Below, piece by piece: positions 16,095-24,777 of a stretch of 42,545 nt of DNA. Every line of letters begins with the position of its first letter. Position 1 is the first letter of the stretch. This DNA is from a virus. The stretch lies in the UHGV virus genome UHGV-0212520; one strand, 5' to 3'. The notes under the pieces were generated by a model. The model did no database searches. It worked only from the letters and a program-made list of their open reading frames with translations, and was not told the DNA's origin. Position numbers and translations under genes: made by a program.

Positions 16095-17564
16095 ATGTTA
16101 ACTATGAACGGTCAGAATCAGGGTGTTAAGACAAAACACCGGGAATGGCTGCATCACTTCGATAAATGGCAGAAGGTGCGACACGCGCTGGAAGGCGACC
16201 TTATCCGTTACCTGCGCAACGTCGGTAAGAACGAACCAGACCAAACCCACGCAGCACAGCGGCAGGAAGAATACGAGAACGGCGCTATCTGCTACAACTT
16301 CGCTAAACGTACCCTGGCGGGGATGGTGGGATCGGTGATGCGCAAAGACCCTGAGCAGATTATTCCGCCTGAACTGGAGTACCTGTTACGCAACGCGGAC
16401 GGTTCCGGTGTCGGGCTGTGGCAGCACGCCCAGGATACGCTGATGGAGATTGACTCGGTGGGTCGCGGTGGGTTGCTGGTTGACGCCCCGGAGACAGCCG
16501 CGGCAACGGCAGCAGAACAGAACGCCGGTTTATTAAACCCGGTCATCGCGTTCTACACCGCGGAGAACATCATCAACTGGCGACTGACCCGCATAGGTTC
16601 CGTTAACCGAGTGACAATGGTTGTGTTGCGCGAAGTATGGGAGTACTCGGAACCGGGCGCAGAGTTTGAAACCAAGTTCGGCGAGCAATACCGCGTCCTT
16701 GACCTGATTGACGGCCGTTATCGCCAGCGCATTTACCGCTTCGATGCCGAAGGTGGTGCTCAGGATGAAGTAATCGAAATATTCCCGGAACTCGGTGAAC
16801 AGTTGCGCGGCAAAATCCCGTTCACGTTCATCGGGGCAAGCAACAACGACGCAACCATCGACGACGCACCTTTGCTGCCGTTGGCTGAGCTTAATATCGG
16901 ACATTTCCGTAACAGCGCGGACAATGAGGAGTCCAGTTTCGTTGTGGGCCAGCCCACTCTATTCATCGCCCCAGGTGGGAACATGAGCATGGAACAGTGG
17001 AAAGAGGCCAACCCTCACGGTGTCCGCATGGGTTCACGCTCGGGCCACAACATTGGCGAAGGTGGCAATGCGTTTCTGGTCCAGGCCGGAGAGAACAACC
17101 TCGCCAAACAGAACATGCTGGATAAAGAGAATCAGGCCATCCAGATTGGGGCGCAGCTTATCACCCCGACGCAGCAAATCACTGCGGAATCAGCCCGTCT
17201 GCAACGCGGTGCTGATACGTCAGTTATGGCGACAATCGCGCGTAACGTAAGCATGGCGTATACCGATGCGTTGCGCTGGGTGGCTGCGATGCTAGGGTTA
17301 CGTGAAGGTACAGAGGTTGAGTTCAAACTGAATATGGAGTTCTTCCTGCAACCTATGACCGCTCAGGACCGCGCCCAGTGGATGGCCGATATTAACGCGG
17401 GACTGTTACCTGCTACTGCTTACTATGCTGCGTTGCGCAAGGCGGGTGTAACTGACTGGACCGATGAGGACATACAGAGCGCTATCGAAGACGCACCGTT
17501 GCCGTTAGGTGCTGTAGCGCAGGTATCTGGAGCGATTCCTCAGTCGGCGCAACAACAGGAGTAA
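16095..17564 (+). CDS. Portal protein
   Basis: 489 aa directly downstream of terL and upstream of head morphogenesis gene. Confidence 0.75.
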   Translation: MLTMNGQNQGVKTKHREWLHHFDKWQKVRHALEGDLIRYLRNVGKNEPDQTHAAQRQEEYENGAICYNFAKRTLAGMVGSVMRKDPEQIIPPELEYLLRNADGSGVGLWQHAQDTLMEIDSVGRGGLLVDAPETAAATAAEQNAGLLNPVIAFYTAENIINWRLTRIGSVNRVTMVVLREVWEYSEPGAEFETKFGEQYRVLDLIDGRYRQRIYRFDAEGGAQDEVIEIFPELGEQLRGKIPFTFIGASNNDATIDDAPLLPLAELNIGHFRNSADNEESSFVVGQPTLFIAPGGNMSMEQWKEANPHGVRMGSRSGHNIGEGGNAFLVQAGENNLAKQNMLDKENQAIQIGAQLITPTQQITAESARLQRGADTSVMATIARNVSMAYTDALRWVAAMLGLREGTEVEFKLNMEFFLQPMTAQDRAQWMADINAGLLPATAYYAALRKAGVTDWTDEDIQSAIEDAPLPLGAVAQVSGAIPQSAQQQE

Positions 17565-17596
17565 AGAAAAAGGCCCCGTTAAGGGGCCTTAATTTC
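17565..17596. terminator. Bidirectional intrinsic terminator (AAGGCCCC-N5-GGGGCCTT family)
   Basis: aaaaaggccccgttaaggggccttaattt; A-tract upstream and T-tract downstream. Confidence 0.65.
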
Positions 17597-17804
17597 AATA
17601 CCAGTGTTCTAGCTCTTCCGCTATAGCCTTGTTGTACGTGTCTTGTGACATGCTCGCGATAAGTAACAAATCTATATTGTTATCGAATCCGAATATCTCG
17701 ACGGTGTTACGGTAGTCGTAAGCCGCGTTAAACGCGTCCTTCTCAGTGAAACCATTATAGATAAATGCGTATATTAATTTGCCGACGTCTAACTTCATTT
17801 TCAC
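17595..17804 (-). CDS. Hypothetical protein, single-gene minus-strand insertion between portal and head-morphogenesis genes
   Basis: 69 aa; ATG at 17804 with RBS AGGAG; candidate promoter TTGATT-N16-TAATAT on minus strand at about 17836-17868. Confidence 0.5.
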   Translation of the reverse strand: MKMKLDVGKLIYAFIYNGFTEKDAFNAAYDYRNTVEIFGFDNNIDLLLIASMSQDTYNKAIAEELEHWY

Positions 17805-17884
17805 GCTCCTGTTTGGTTTACATGGCTAGTGTCATATTATTCTGCTAATAGTTCAAATCAACTTCTTAATCGAGACGATAAAAT

Positions 17885-18928
17885 ATGAGCTTACTTACAT
17901 CCCTAATCAGCCACCAGATTTGGCTGCAACGCACCGCATCGGGCGAAGTGAAAGACCTTGCGCCTTTCATTAAGGAGATGCGGGACGAAATCAAACGGCA
18001 GGTGCTGCTGTTCGGTGACGATGGGCGTAGCACCGCGCGACTGAATAAACTGTTACGCGACCTGGAAGAAGCACTGAGCGGACTTACGGGCGACTGGCAA
18101 ACAAAGCTGACGGAAGACCTTAAGGAACTGGCGGAGTATGAAGCAGAGTGGAACGTAAAAACGCTGACGGCTAACGTTAACGCGGAATTTGTTACACCCG
18201 CCGCCGAGCAGGTGTGGTCCGCCGCCGAGTTTCAGCCTCTGTCGCTAAGCGACAAGCCTGTCGATTTCACCAAGCTGATGTCGGACTGGGGTGAAACGGA
18301 GGTTGCGCGCCTGGTAACTGGTGTTAAGATGGGTTTCGTACAAGGGCAAACCACACGGCAGATTGTTAAGAATGTTGTAGGCGCTGGCGGACTGGCCGAC
18401 ATCTCAGAACGTAACGCAGCTACCGTAATCCGCACCGCGCTGTCGCACGTATCCAACGAAGCCCGTAACGAGACGTACCGCCAGAACGACGACATCATCG
18501 AGAAATACGAATGGGTATCAACGCTGGACAGCCGTACCAGTACGATTTGCAGAGCCAGAGACGGAATGACGTGGGAAATCGGTAAAGGGCCGATGCCCCC
18601 CGCCCATCCGAACTGTCGATCGTGCACGGCACCGGTAATCAGTTCAGAGTTCGATTTCCTGGATAAAGGCGCAAAACGCGCGGCTAAGGGCGCGGACGGC
18701 GGGACTCAGGTAAGCGCGGACACCACTTACTACGAGTTCCTTAAACAACAACCGGCGTGGTTTATCGACGAGGCCATCGGCCCTGTTCGCGGTAAGATTT
18801 TCCGCGACAGCGGTATATCGCCAGAGGAGTTTCGCGTAATATCTGTAGATGGTTTCGGGAATCCGCTAACGCTTAAGCAGATGGCGGAACTCGATAAACG
18901 TGTTGCTGATTATCTGAAAGGGGAATAA
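17885..18928 (+). CDS. Head morphogenesis protein (Mu gpF / SPP1 gp7-like)
   Basis: 347 aa; C-terminal WVSTLDSRTSTICRARDGMTWEIGKGPMPPAHPNCRSC matches the conserved minor head protein motif; follows portal. Confidence 0.7.
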   Translation: MSLLTSLISHQIWLQRTASGEVKDLAPFIKEMRDEIKRQVLLFGDDGRSTARLNKLLRDLEEALSGLTGDWQTKLTEDLKELAEYEAEWNVKTLTANVNAEFVTPAAEQVWSAAEFQPLSLSDKPVDFTKLMSDWGETEVARLVTGVKMGFVQGQTTRQIVKNVVGAGGLADISERNAATVIRTALSHVSNEARNETYRQNDDIIEKYEWVSTLDSRTSTICRARDGMTWEIGKGPMPPAHPNCRSCTAPVISSEFDFLDKGAKRAAKGADGGTQVSADTTYYEFLKQQPAWFIDEAIGPVRGKIFRDSGISPEEFRVISVDGFGNPLTLKQMAELDKRVADYLKGE

Positions 18929-19389
18929 TGATGGGCTTTTTCAAAGTAACTGATGCACCGTCGCGCCGCGTAGTCCAGTACGCCCGCGTGTCTGGCTCTG
19001 GCGAGAACGTTGTGTTTATTGAGGATGAAAGTGTACTCGGCACACCTGTGGACGATATGCCTTTTGCAGATAAAACCGGTATTGCACTACCCGCAGCGGG
19101 TATGCTTTACGAGATTCCGTATCTGGCGGACGCAGGCGATGTGTATTTCTCTGTGCAACCGAAAGACGCTGAACTGGCAGACGGCAGCGCAACTATCACT
19201 GTCGAAGTTAAGGCTGGCAAAGCGCCGTATGCTCTTACCTGGTACAAAGACGGTAAGGAAGTGGTCAACGCCCCTGAAGAGGCTTTGTCTCTGACGGTTA
19301 ACGCAGTCGGTGAATACTTCGTTAAAGTTACCGATGCCGGTGGTGTAGAGGCCGTCAGTAAAGTGGCGAAGGTCACTAAGCCTGAATGA
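18928..19389 (+). CDS. Ig-like domain protein (possible capsid or tail decoration)
   Basis: 153 aa; YALTWYKDGKEVV...GEYFVKVTDAGG resembles bacterial Ig-like domains; similar segment in 22336-22677. Confidence 0.5.
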   Translation: MMGFFKVTDAPSRRVVQYARVSGSGENVVFIEDESVLGTPVDDMPFADKTGIALPAAGMLYEIPYLADAGDVYFSVQPKDAELADGSATITVEVKAGKAPYALTWYKDGKEVVNAPEEALSLTVNAVGEYFVKVTDAGGVEAVSKVAKVTKPE

Positions 19390-19390
19390 T

Positions 19391-19418
19391 AAAAGGCCCC
19401 AAATGGGGCCTTAGTTTT
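19391..19418. terminator. Bidirectional intrinsic terminator (AAGGCCCC-N4-GGGGCCTT family)
   Basis: aaaaggccccaaatggggccttagtttt. Confidence 0.65.
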
Positions 19419-19542
19419 ATGTTAAGCTGAGTCTTTCTGCCCACTCAAGCATCACCTTTTTAATGCGTGAGTCGGGGGCGTCTCTCCACGCTTTACGGAT
19501 AACCGCAGCTCGACATTTATTTTTAAGAGGTGCGTAGTTCAT
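19417..19542 (-). CDS. Small hypothetical protein (41 aa) driven by promoter B3
   Basis: ATG 19542 on minus strand, translation MNYAPLKNKCRAAVIRKAWRDAPDSRIKKVMLEWAERLSLT; ends at the terminator; weak RBS. Confidence 0.3.
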   Translation of the reverse strand: MNYAPLKNKCRAAVIRKAWRDAPDSRIKKVMLEWAERLSLT

Positions 19543-19593
19543 TTTAAATATTCCCGATTTGATGGATTAAACATGTTGTGTGTGTTGAAATGA

Positions 19594-19622
19594 ATAGTAC
19601 CCTATTGTATTGGTGTCTGCAA
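19594..19622 (-). promoter_or_regulatory. sigma70-like promoter, family B copy 3 (TTGCAG-N17-TACTAT on minus strand)
   Basis: Reverse complement: TTGCAG acaccaatacaataggg TACTAT tcattt; near-identical to 28174-28202. Confidence 0.5.
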
Positions 19623-19674
19623 ACTATTTATTTACCTATTCCAGTTATTCCACCGAATTGTAAATGTTAGAATA

Positions 19675-19690
19675 AACTATTCGAATAGTT
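19675..19690. promoter_or_regulatory. Perfect 16-bp palindrome AACTATTCGAATAGTT overlapping the -35 of the 19689 promoter
   Basis: aactattcgaatagtt reads identically on both strands; contains the ACTATTC motif found at the family B -10 regions. Confidence 0.5.
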
Positions 19691-19717
19691 GACTTTTCAC
19701 TAAAAATGTGCTAAGCT
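19689..19717 (+). promoter_or_regulatory. sigma70-like promoter with extended -10 (TTGACT-N17-TGcTAAGCT)
   Basis: TTGACT 19689-19694, 17-nt spacer ending in TGc, TAAGCT 19712-19717. Confidence 0.4.
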
Positions 19718-19724
19718 CCACCTG

Positions 19725-19895
19725 AGCTTGTGAAGTATGAACAAGCGACCGCGGCGCGGGCAGGTAACGGAGCGGGACGTAAGTCCTGAGTGTAGTTACG
19801 CTGACGCGTTCGGAAGGGCCATACTCTATTGCTTGTGTAAAAAGTAACAGGTTTACTGAGATTACGCCGTTTCTATGTTTAAATGATAAGGCCTA
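19725..19895 (+). ncRNA. Candidate small RNA or structured leader between promoter 19689 and terminator 19896
   Basis: About 170-200 nt transcribed interval with no ORF that has an RBS (only a 36-codon ATG ORF at 19737-19847 without SD); GC-rich internal inverted repeats (gcttgt/acaagc, ccgcg/cgcgg). Confidence 0.25.
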
Positions 19896-19922
19896 GCGCC
19901 CCGCTTTAAGGCGGGGCTTTAC
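19896..19922 (+). terminator. Intrinsic terminator-like hairpin upstream of the spanin genes
   Basis: gccccgc-tttaag-gcggggc followed by tttactt. Confidence 0.5.
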
Positions 19923-19942
19923 TTATCGAGAAAGGGGGAAAC

Positions 19943-20332
19943 ATGAATCTTAAAGCAACTGTCGTAGCGGGAGCGTGTTTCATCATCCTGGCCCACGCAC
20001 ACGGCGTCTACCAGTACCGCATCGGCTGGAACGAAGGCCGGGCGAATCTCGTTTCGCAGCAACAGCAGAAAGCACAGGCTGAGTTCGCGAAGAAAACACA
20101 ACGGCAGCAGCAGGATGAATCAAAGGCCGCAGCCGCTGACAACGAAGGTAAGACGAAATCAGAGGTGATTACCCGTGAAGTCGTTAAGTACATTAAAACG
20201 CCTGGTCGCAGCGTGTGCACTTTTGACCCTGAGCGCGTGCAGCTCAAGTCCCGCGCCGTCGTCAACGCCAATTCCATCCCCGGATACGATGATGATGCAG
20301 CCGCCGTGCAAACTGGCAGCGCCAAGCAGTGA
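19943..20332 (+). CDS. Rz: i-spanin (Rz-like)
   Basis: 129 aa; N-terminal TM segment, Q/E-rich coiled-coil middle, RBS AGGGGGA; lipoprotein gene in +1 frame within its 3' half. Confidence 0.65.
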   Translation: MNLKATVVAGACFIILAHAHGVYQYRIGWNEGRANLVSQQQQKAQAEFAKKTQRQQQDESKAAAADNEGKTKSEVITREVVKYIKTPGRSVCTFDPERVQLKSRAVVNANSIPGYDDDAAAVQTGSAKQ

Positions 20333-20438
20333 CGCGGACGAGGATTTAGCTATCGACGTTCAGAATGCTGAATGTGTACGGCAACTGCGTCTGAAAGTGT
20401 TCATGTTGCAGGATTACGTGAGGAATATTCTGGAATAG
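20175..20438 (+). CDS. Rz1: o-spanin (Rz1-like outer-membrane lipoprotein)
   Basis: GTG start with RBS GAGGTGA; lipobox LTLSAC then Pro-rich mature region; overlaps Rz in alternate frame and extends beyond it. Confidence 0.6.
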   Translation: MKSLSTLKRLVAACALLTLSACSSSPAPSSTPIPSPDTMMMQPPCKLAAPSSDADEDLAIDVQNAECVRQLRLKVFMLQDYVRNILE

Positions 20439-20520
20439 TTGCCTTGCATGTTGGAATAATTTATTCTTGACATGTAAATCCGGGTGGCCCGGGTTCCAAC
20501 GTCCAGGGGACATACTGACT

Positions 20521-21225
20521 ATGAATCGTTTTTTACGTTATCCGTTCCAGGAAGAAGCTGGGGCAGAAGATAAAGCCGGTGGCGGAGATGCGCCGAAAAT
20601 GTTCACCGCTGAAGAAGTTCAGGCGCTGATTGAGAAAGAAGTCGCTGGGCTTAAGGCCAATCAGGAAGCATTGCTGGCGGAGAAGAAAGAAGCCGCCCGT
20701 AAAGCAAAAGAGGCCGAAGAAGAACGGCAGCGCGCACATCAGGAGGCTCTAAAAGCCGCCGGTAAGATGGACGAGTTTGAAAAAACGATTCGTAGCCAGT
20801 ATGACCCGGTGTTAGCCGAGAAAGATGGCCGCATCTCCAAAATGGCAGAGCGCATCCTCGGCAGCGAACGTAAAGCAGTGTTAGGCTCTTTCGCAGGTGA
20901 CTTTATTACCCCGGAAGCAGTGGACATTCTTGCGCCGTTCGTTAAGACTGAGTTCGAAGGCGATGATGTGGTTACTAAGTTTGTTGGCGCAGACGGCAAC
21001 GTAATCACGACTGACCCGGAACAGTTCCGCAAATACCTGCGTGAACACAAAGCGTTTTCGCATTTGATTAAAGCAAATGCAGCTTCCGGCGGCGGGGCTT
21101 CCGGTAGCAAAGGCGGCGGGGCCGCACCAGCGTTTAAAGACATGAGTGAAGCGGAGCGCATTGCTCTGTATGAATCGAACCCTGCCGAATTTGAACGGCA
21201 ACTTAAAGCCCTGAGGAAAAAATAA
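20521..21225 (+). CDS. Putative scaffolding protein
   Basis: 235 aa from ATG 20521; charged, Ala/Glu/Lys-rich coiled-coil; immediately upstream of major capsid gene. Confidence 0.55.
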   Translation: MNRFLRYPFQEEAGAEDKAGGGDAPKMFTAEEVQALIEKEVAGLKANQEALLAEKKEAARKAKEAEEERQRAHQEALKAAGKMDEFEKTIRSQYDPVLAEKDGRISKMAERILGSERKAVLGSFAGDFITPEAVDILAPFVKTEFEGDDVVTKFVGADGNVITTDPEQFRKYLREHKAFSHLIKANAASGGGASGSKGGGAAPAFKDMSEAERIALYESNPAEFERQLKALRKK

Positions 21226-22274
21226 TGGCAATTACTACTATCGGCGACATCGTAACTGGTAAAGAATCGGTCATTCTGTCTTACATGACAGAAGACCCGG
21301 TGGAGAAAACTGCGTTCTTCCAGTCTGGTATTCTTACCCCGACCCCGTACGCCGCTGCTATCGCTAACGGCCCGTCCAACAAAGCTGTTCTGCCGTACTG
21401 GAAAGCGATTGATACTTCTATCGAGCCGAACTACTCGAACGATGTGTATCAGGACATCGCAACCCCTCGTAACGTGCAGACCGGTGAGATGGACGTTCGC
21501 GTAGCTTACCTGAACGAAGGTTTCGGTCAGGCGGATTTGACTGTCGAACTGACCAGCCAGCAGCCGCTGCGATCCGTAGCGTCCCGTCTGGATAACTTCT
21601 GGCAGCGCCAGGCACAACGCCGTCTGATTGCTACCGCGCTTGGTCTGTACAATGACAACGTAGCCACTACCGACGCGTACCACGAGCAGAACGACATGGT
21701 AATCGACGTGTCCTCTACCCTGGGCTTCGACTCCGGCGCGTTCATCGATGCTACCCAGACTATGGGTGATGCGCTGATTGGTAACGGCGGTGAAGTGCTG
21801 GGCGCTATTGCAATGCACAGCTTCGTTTATGCGCAGGCGCGTAAGCAACAGCTTATCGACTACATCCGTAACGCAGACAACGACACCATGTTCGCCGCCT
21901 ACCAGGGCTACCGCGTGATTGTTGATGACAGCATGACCGTAGTCGGTACTGGCGGCAGCCGTAAGTTCATCTCCATTATCTTCGGTAACGGCGCTATCGG
22001 TTACGGTGAAGGTTCTCCGTCCAACCCGCTGGAATACGAGCGCGAAGCGTCTCGCGGTAACGGTGGTGGTGTTGAAACCCTGTGGACCCGTAAGACCTGG
22101 TTGCTGCACCCGTTCGGCTACAGCTTCACCAGTGCAGTAATCACCGGCAACGGCACCGAGACTACCCCGCGCTCCGCTTCCTGGCAGGACCTGGCTAACG
22201 CCTCCAACTGGAACCGTGTTGTTGAACGTAAGCACGTACCGATTGCCTTCCTGGTAACTGGTGTCGGGTCTTAA
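21225..22274 (+). CDS. Major capsid protein
   Basis: 349 aa, downstream of scaffold; followed by a strong terminator; call is by synteny and size. Confidence 0.7.
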   Translation: MAITTIGDIVTGKESVILSYMTEDPVEKTAFFQSGILTPTPYAAAIANGPSNKAVLPYWKAIDTSIEPNYSNDVYQDIATPRNVQTGEMDVRVAYLNEGFGQADLTVELTSQQPLRSVASRLDNFWQRQAQRRLIATALGLYNDNVATTDAYHEQNDMVIDVSSTLGFDSGAFIDATQTMGDALIGNGGEVLGAIAMHSFVYAQARKQQLIDYIRNADNDTMFAAYQGYRVIVDDSMTVVGTGGSRKFISIIFGNGAIGYGEGSPSNPLEYEREASRGNGGGVETLWTRKTWLLHPFGYSFTSAVITGNGTETTPRSASWQDLANASNWNRVVERKHVPIAFLVTGVGS

Positions 22275-22287
22275 GGTTAAGCTATAA

Positions 22288-22318
22288 TCGAGAGGGACTT
22301 CGGTCCCTCTTTTCATTT
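22288..22318 (+). terminator. Intrinsic terminator after capsid gene
   Basis: gagggac-ttcg-gtccctc followed by ttttcattt. Confidence 0.7.
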
Positions 22319-22335
22319 ACTAAGAGGATTCCTAA

Positions 22336-22677
22336 ATGGCAGACGTATTGAAACGACGCATCACCGGCGTCTCCGCTGACGCCCCGGGCGCTAAGATCGA
22401 TATGGAGACTATTTCTCCTGCGTCTTTTTCTACCCCACTTAACGCTACTACCGCAGTGACCACAGGTGAAACTATGACGCTGACCGTAACGGTAGCCGGC
22501 GGTCTGGAGCCATATTCCTACCAGTGGTATAAGAATAACAACGCCATCGCTGGGGCCAACGCGGCTACCTATGCTAAAGCATCGACCACTACCTCCGACT
22601 CCGGTACGTATAAAGTGGTTGTTCACGATGTGTATGGTAATATTATCTCCAGCAGCACTGTGGCAACTGTGTCTTAA
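22336..22677 (+). CDS. Ig-like domain protein (possible head decoration)
   Basis: 113 aa; YSYQWYKNNNAIAGA...GTYKVVVHDVYG resembles Ig-like fold repeats; short monocistronic unit between two hairpins. Confidence 0.5.
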   Translation: MADVLKRRITGVSADAPGAKIDMETISPASFSTPLNATTAVTTGETMTLTVTVAGGLEPYSYQWYKNNNAIAGANAATYAKASTTTSDSGTYKVVVHDVYGNIISSSTVATVS

Positions 22678-22692
22678 TACAACGGCCCTTCG
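22672..22692 (+). other. UUCG-tetraloop hairpin without T-tract
   Basis: cggccc-ttcg-gggccg at 22674-22689; no downstream T-run, so likely a stability or attenuation element rather than a full terminator. Confidence 0.4.
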
Positions 22693-22713
22693 GGGCCGTA
22701 ATAAGGAAAGGTC

Positions 22714-22893
22714 ATGGCAGATAATTATGTAATCCGCGAAAAGTACACCCACGTTGACGTTGTTGACGGTCAGGTGATGCCTGTTCGCGGTGTTGTAGAA
22801 GCGGATGAACTGGTTGCGACTCAACCGGACAACGAAGAAGCGCACAACAACGGCGGTGGCACTAAGCGTCGTCGCCGTAAGTCAGAGGAATAA
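22714..22893 (+). CDS. Small hypothetical protein (59 aa)
   Basis: ATG 22714 with RBS AGGAAAGG; basic C-terminus GGTKRRRRKSEE; not in track (<60 aa). Confidence 0.35.
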   Translation: MADNYVIREKYTHVDVVDGQVMPVRGVVEADELVATQPDNEEAHNNGGGTKRRRRKSEE

Positions 22894-22896
22894 TTT

Positions 22897-23409
22897 ATGC
22901 CGCTAATCGTGGAAACGGGTGAAATCGTCCCTAATGCTGACAGTTACATTAGTCTGTCTGACGCCCGCGCGTTAGCGGCTAATTATGGCCTTGAGCTACC
23001 GGAAGACGACACAGCGGCGGAAGTAGCCTTGCGCAACGGCGCTACTTATGTTGGGCTTGCAGAATCGCAGATGTGCGGTCGCCGTGTATCCGCCGAACAG
23101 TCTCTTGCATACCCTCGCACGGGGGTAACGTTGAATGGCTTCCCTGTAGCTAACAATGCCATTCCGAAGCAGGTGATTCTTGCGCAAGTAATCGCCGCGG
23201 TTACGTATGGTGCGGGTACTGAGGTGCGGGCTAACTCTGATGGGCGCTCCGTACAGACTGAGCGTGTAGAGGGCGCAGTGACAGTGACCTACTTCAACAA
23301 CGGCAACAGTGGGGCTACAACCTCGATCACCGCTGCGGACGATGCCTTACGCCCGTTACTGTGTGGCGGTCTTAACAATGGTTTCTCGTTTAATGTGTAC
23401 CGGGGTTAA
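22897..23409 (+). CDS. Putative head-tail connector/adaptor protein
   Basis: 170 aa; position after capsid/decoration genes; assignment by synteny. Confidence 0.45.
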   Translation: MPLIVETGEIVPNADSYISLSDARALAANYGLELPEDDTAAEVALRNGATYVGLAESQMCGRRVSAEQSLAYPRTGVTLNGFPVANNAIPKQVILAQVIAAVTYGAGTEVRANSDGRSVQTERVEGAVTVTYFNNGNSGATTSITAADDALRPLLCGGLNNGFSFNVYRG

Positions 23410-23411
23410 AA

Positions 23412-24026
23412 ATGGCGAAGACTAAAACAGAGATGTTTACCCTTATCGGCGCGAATCTCCCTGATAACACCACCGGGCTTATCACCCCCGCCGCATTGCG
23501 TGAGGTAATGACGCAGATGGCAGACTCACCTATCTACGCCACTCCGGGTGTTAAAGAGGTTGAAGTTCTCCGCGCCGCGTCGACAGTAACACAAGCGCCT
23601 ACCGCAGTAGATACGGCGTTGCAGTTAACTTTCGGCTCCGCTCAGGGAAGTGCATCCGACCCGGTAATGATTAATGCAGCGGGTCTGGTTACGTTCAACA
23701 CTGCGGGTAACTACGCCGTCCGCATCAAGTTACAGGCGGGGCGTACGGGGGCAAGCGGTACATCCATCCTGTTGTCCCGCATTCTCCTTAACGGCGCTCA
23801 GTATGGCTCGCCCGCCGCCACGAAACTGGTAAGCGCGGACATCACAATCCCGATTGAATCCCGTGTCGTTATTAACCCCACCGCAGGCCAGACGTTTGCC
23901 GTTCAGATTATGCGAGATAGTGCCGGAAGCAACTTCGGAGGCGTGTACCCACAAGCCGCTACCGTGACCGCATGGGGCACAGCGCCATCTGCGCTACTGG
24001 TTATTTCGAGACTGGAGGCCGCCTGA
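23412..24026 (+). CDS. Structural protein of unknown function
   Basis: 204 aa in head-tail joining region. Confidence 0.45.
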   Translation: MAKTKTEMFTLIGANLPDNTTGLITPAALREVMTQMADSPIYATPGVKEVEVLRAASTVTQAPTAVDTALQLTFGSAQGSASDPVMINAAGLVTFNTAGNYAVRIKLQAGRTGASGTSILLSRILLNGAQYGSPAATKLVSADITIPIESRVVINPTAGQTFAVQIMRDSAGSNFGGVYPQAATVTAWGTAPSALLVISRLEAA

Positions 24027-24385
24027 TGAGCACCGCTTTCAGTAAACGTATGCAAGGCGTGGGTACACGCTTGCTAACCAAATTCGGTAGCACGGTATCT
24101 CTGGTTCGCGCTGGCTCGAAAGTGTGGGATGAAGTTCTCGGGGAGTACGTCTGGTCCGCTGATGAAGTGTTGCCGTTGAATGCTGTACCGGTTCCGGTAA
24201 ACGCGGAACGGGTAAACGGTACGACGATTCAGGCTGGTGACATGATTGTTAAAGCGGATTGCAGTGTCGTTCCGAAGATGGAAGACAAGGTACAATTCGG
24301 CGGCGAACAATGGTCTGTCGTAGCCATTGAGAAGAAGATGGTTAACGATGATGTCGTGGCATACTTTATCCAGGTGAGAAAATGA
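24026..24385 (+). CDS. Putative head-tail joining protein
   Basis: 119 aa from ATG 24026 (ATGA overlap); synteny only. Confidence 0.4.
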   Translation: MSTAFSKRMQGVGTRLLTKFGSTVSLVRAGSKVWDEVLGEYVWSADEVLPLNAVPVPVNAERVNGTTIQAGDMIVKADCSVVPKMEDKVQFGGEQWSVVAIEKKMVNDDVVAYFIQVRK

Positions 24386-24777
24386 GTTTCGCGCTTGATG
24401 TCTCTAAGTTCGTGGAAAAGGCGAAGAAGAACCCCGAGAAGGTGATGCGTCAGGTGTCTATCAAGCTGTTTTCCGCTATTATAAAGGCGACGCCAGTTGA
24501 CACCGGTCGTGCGAGAAATAACTGGTTTGCGTCTGGCAGTACCCCGTCGCAGGAAACTACCACCTACGGCGCACCGCAAGGAACAGCTACTATCCAGCGC
24601 GCTACCGCGGTTATAAACACCGCTACAGACTGGCACGAGTTCACACTGACAAATAACCTGCCGTATATACAGCGGCTGGAGTATGGCTGGTCGCAACAGG
24701 CTCCGGCCGGGATGGTCAGGACTAACGTGTCTCGCTTCCAGCAACTCATTAACGAAGAAGCCAACAAGGTGAAATGA
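24382..24777 (+). CDS. HK97 gp10-like neck/tail-component protein
   Basis: 131 aa; PVDTGRARNNW and LTNNLPYIQRLEYG resemble HK97 gp10 family motifs. Confidence 0.55.
   Translation: MSFALDVSKFVEKAKKNPEKVMRQVSIKLFSAIIKATPVDTGRARNNWFASGSTPSQETTTYGAPQGTATIQRATAVINTATDWHEFTLTNNLPYIQRLEYGWSQQAPAGMVRTNVSRFQQLINEEANKVK

Noticed and set aside
19737-19847. 36-codon ATG ORF inside the candidate sRNA region as a protein-coding gene
   Set aside because: No Shine-Dalgarno sequence within 5-12 nt upstream and a GC-rich Arg/Gly-heavy translation; coding is not excluded but is not supported.
19725-19895. tRNA or other classical structured RNA gene in the promoter-terminator interval
   Set aside because: No GTTCRANYC T-loop motif or cloverleaf arrangement could be found by eye; left as an unspecified candidate sRNA/leader rather than a tRNA.
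20533-22845. Long minus-strand ORFs (20739-22316, 22282-22845, 20533-20739) antisense to scaffold and capsid genes
   Set aside because: They overlap the well-positioned scaffold/major capsid genes on the opposite strand and have low-complexity Arg/Ser/Val-rich translations; treated as high-GC frame artefacts.
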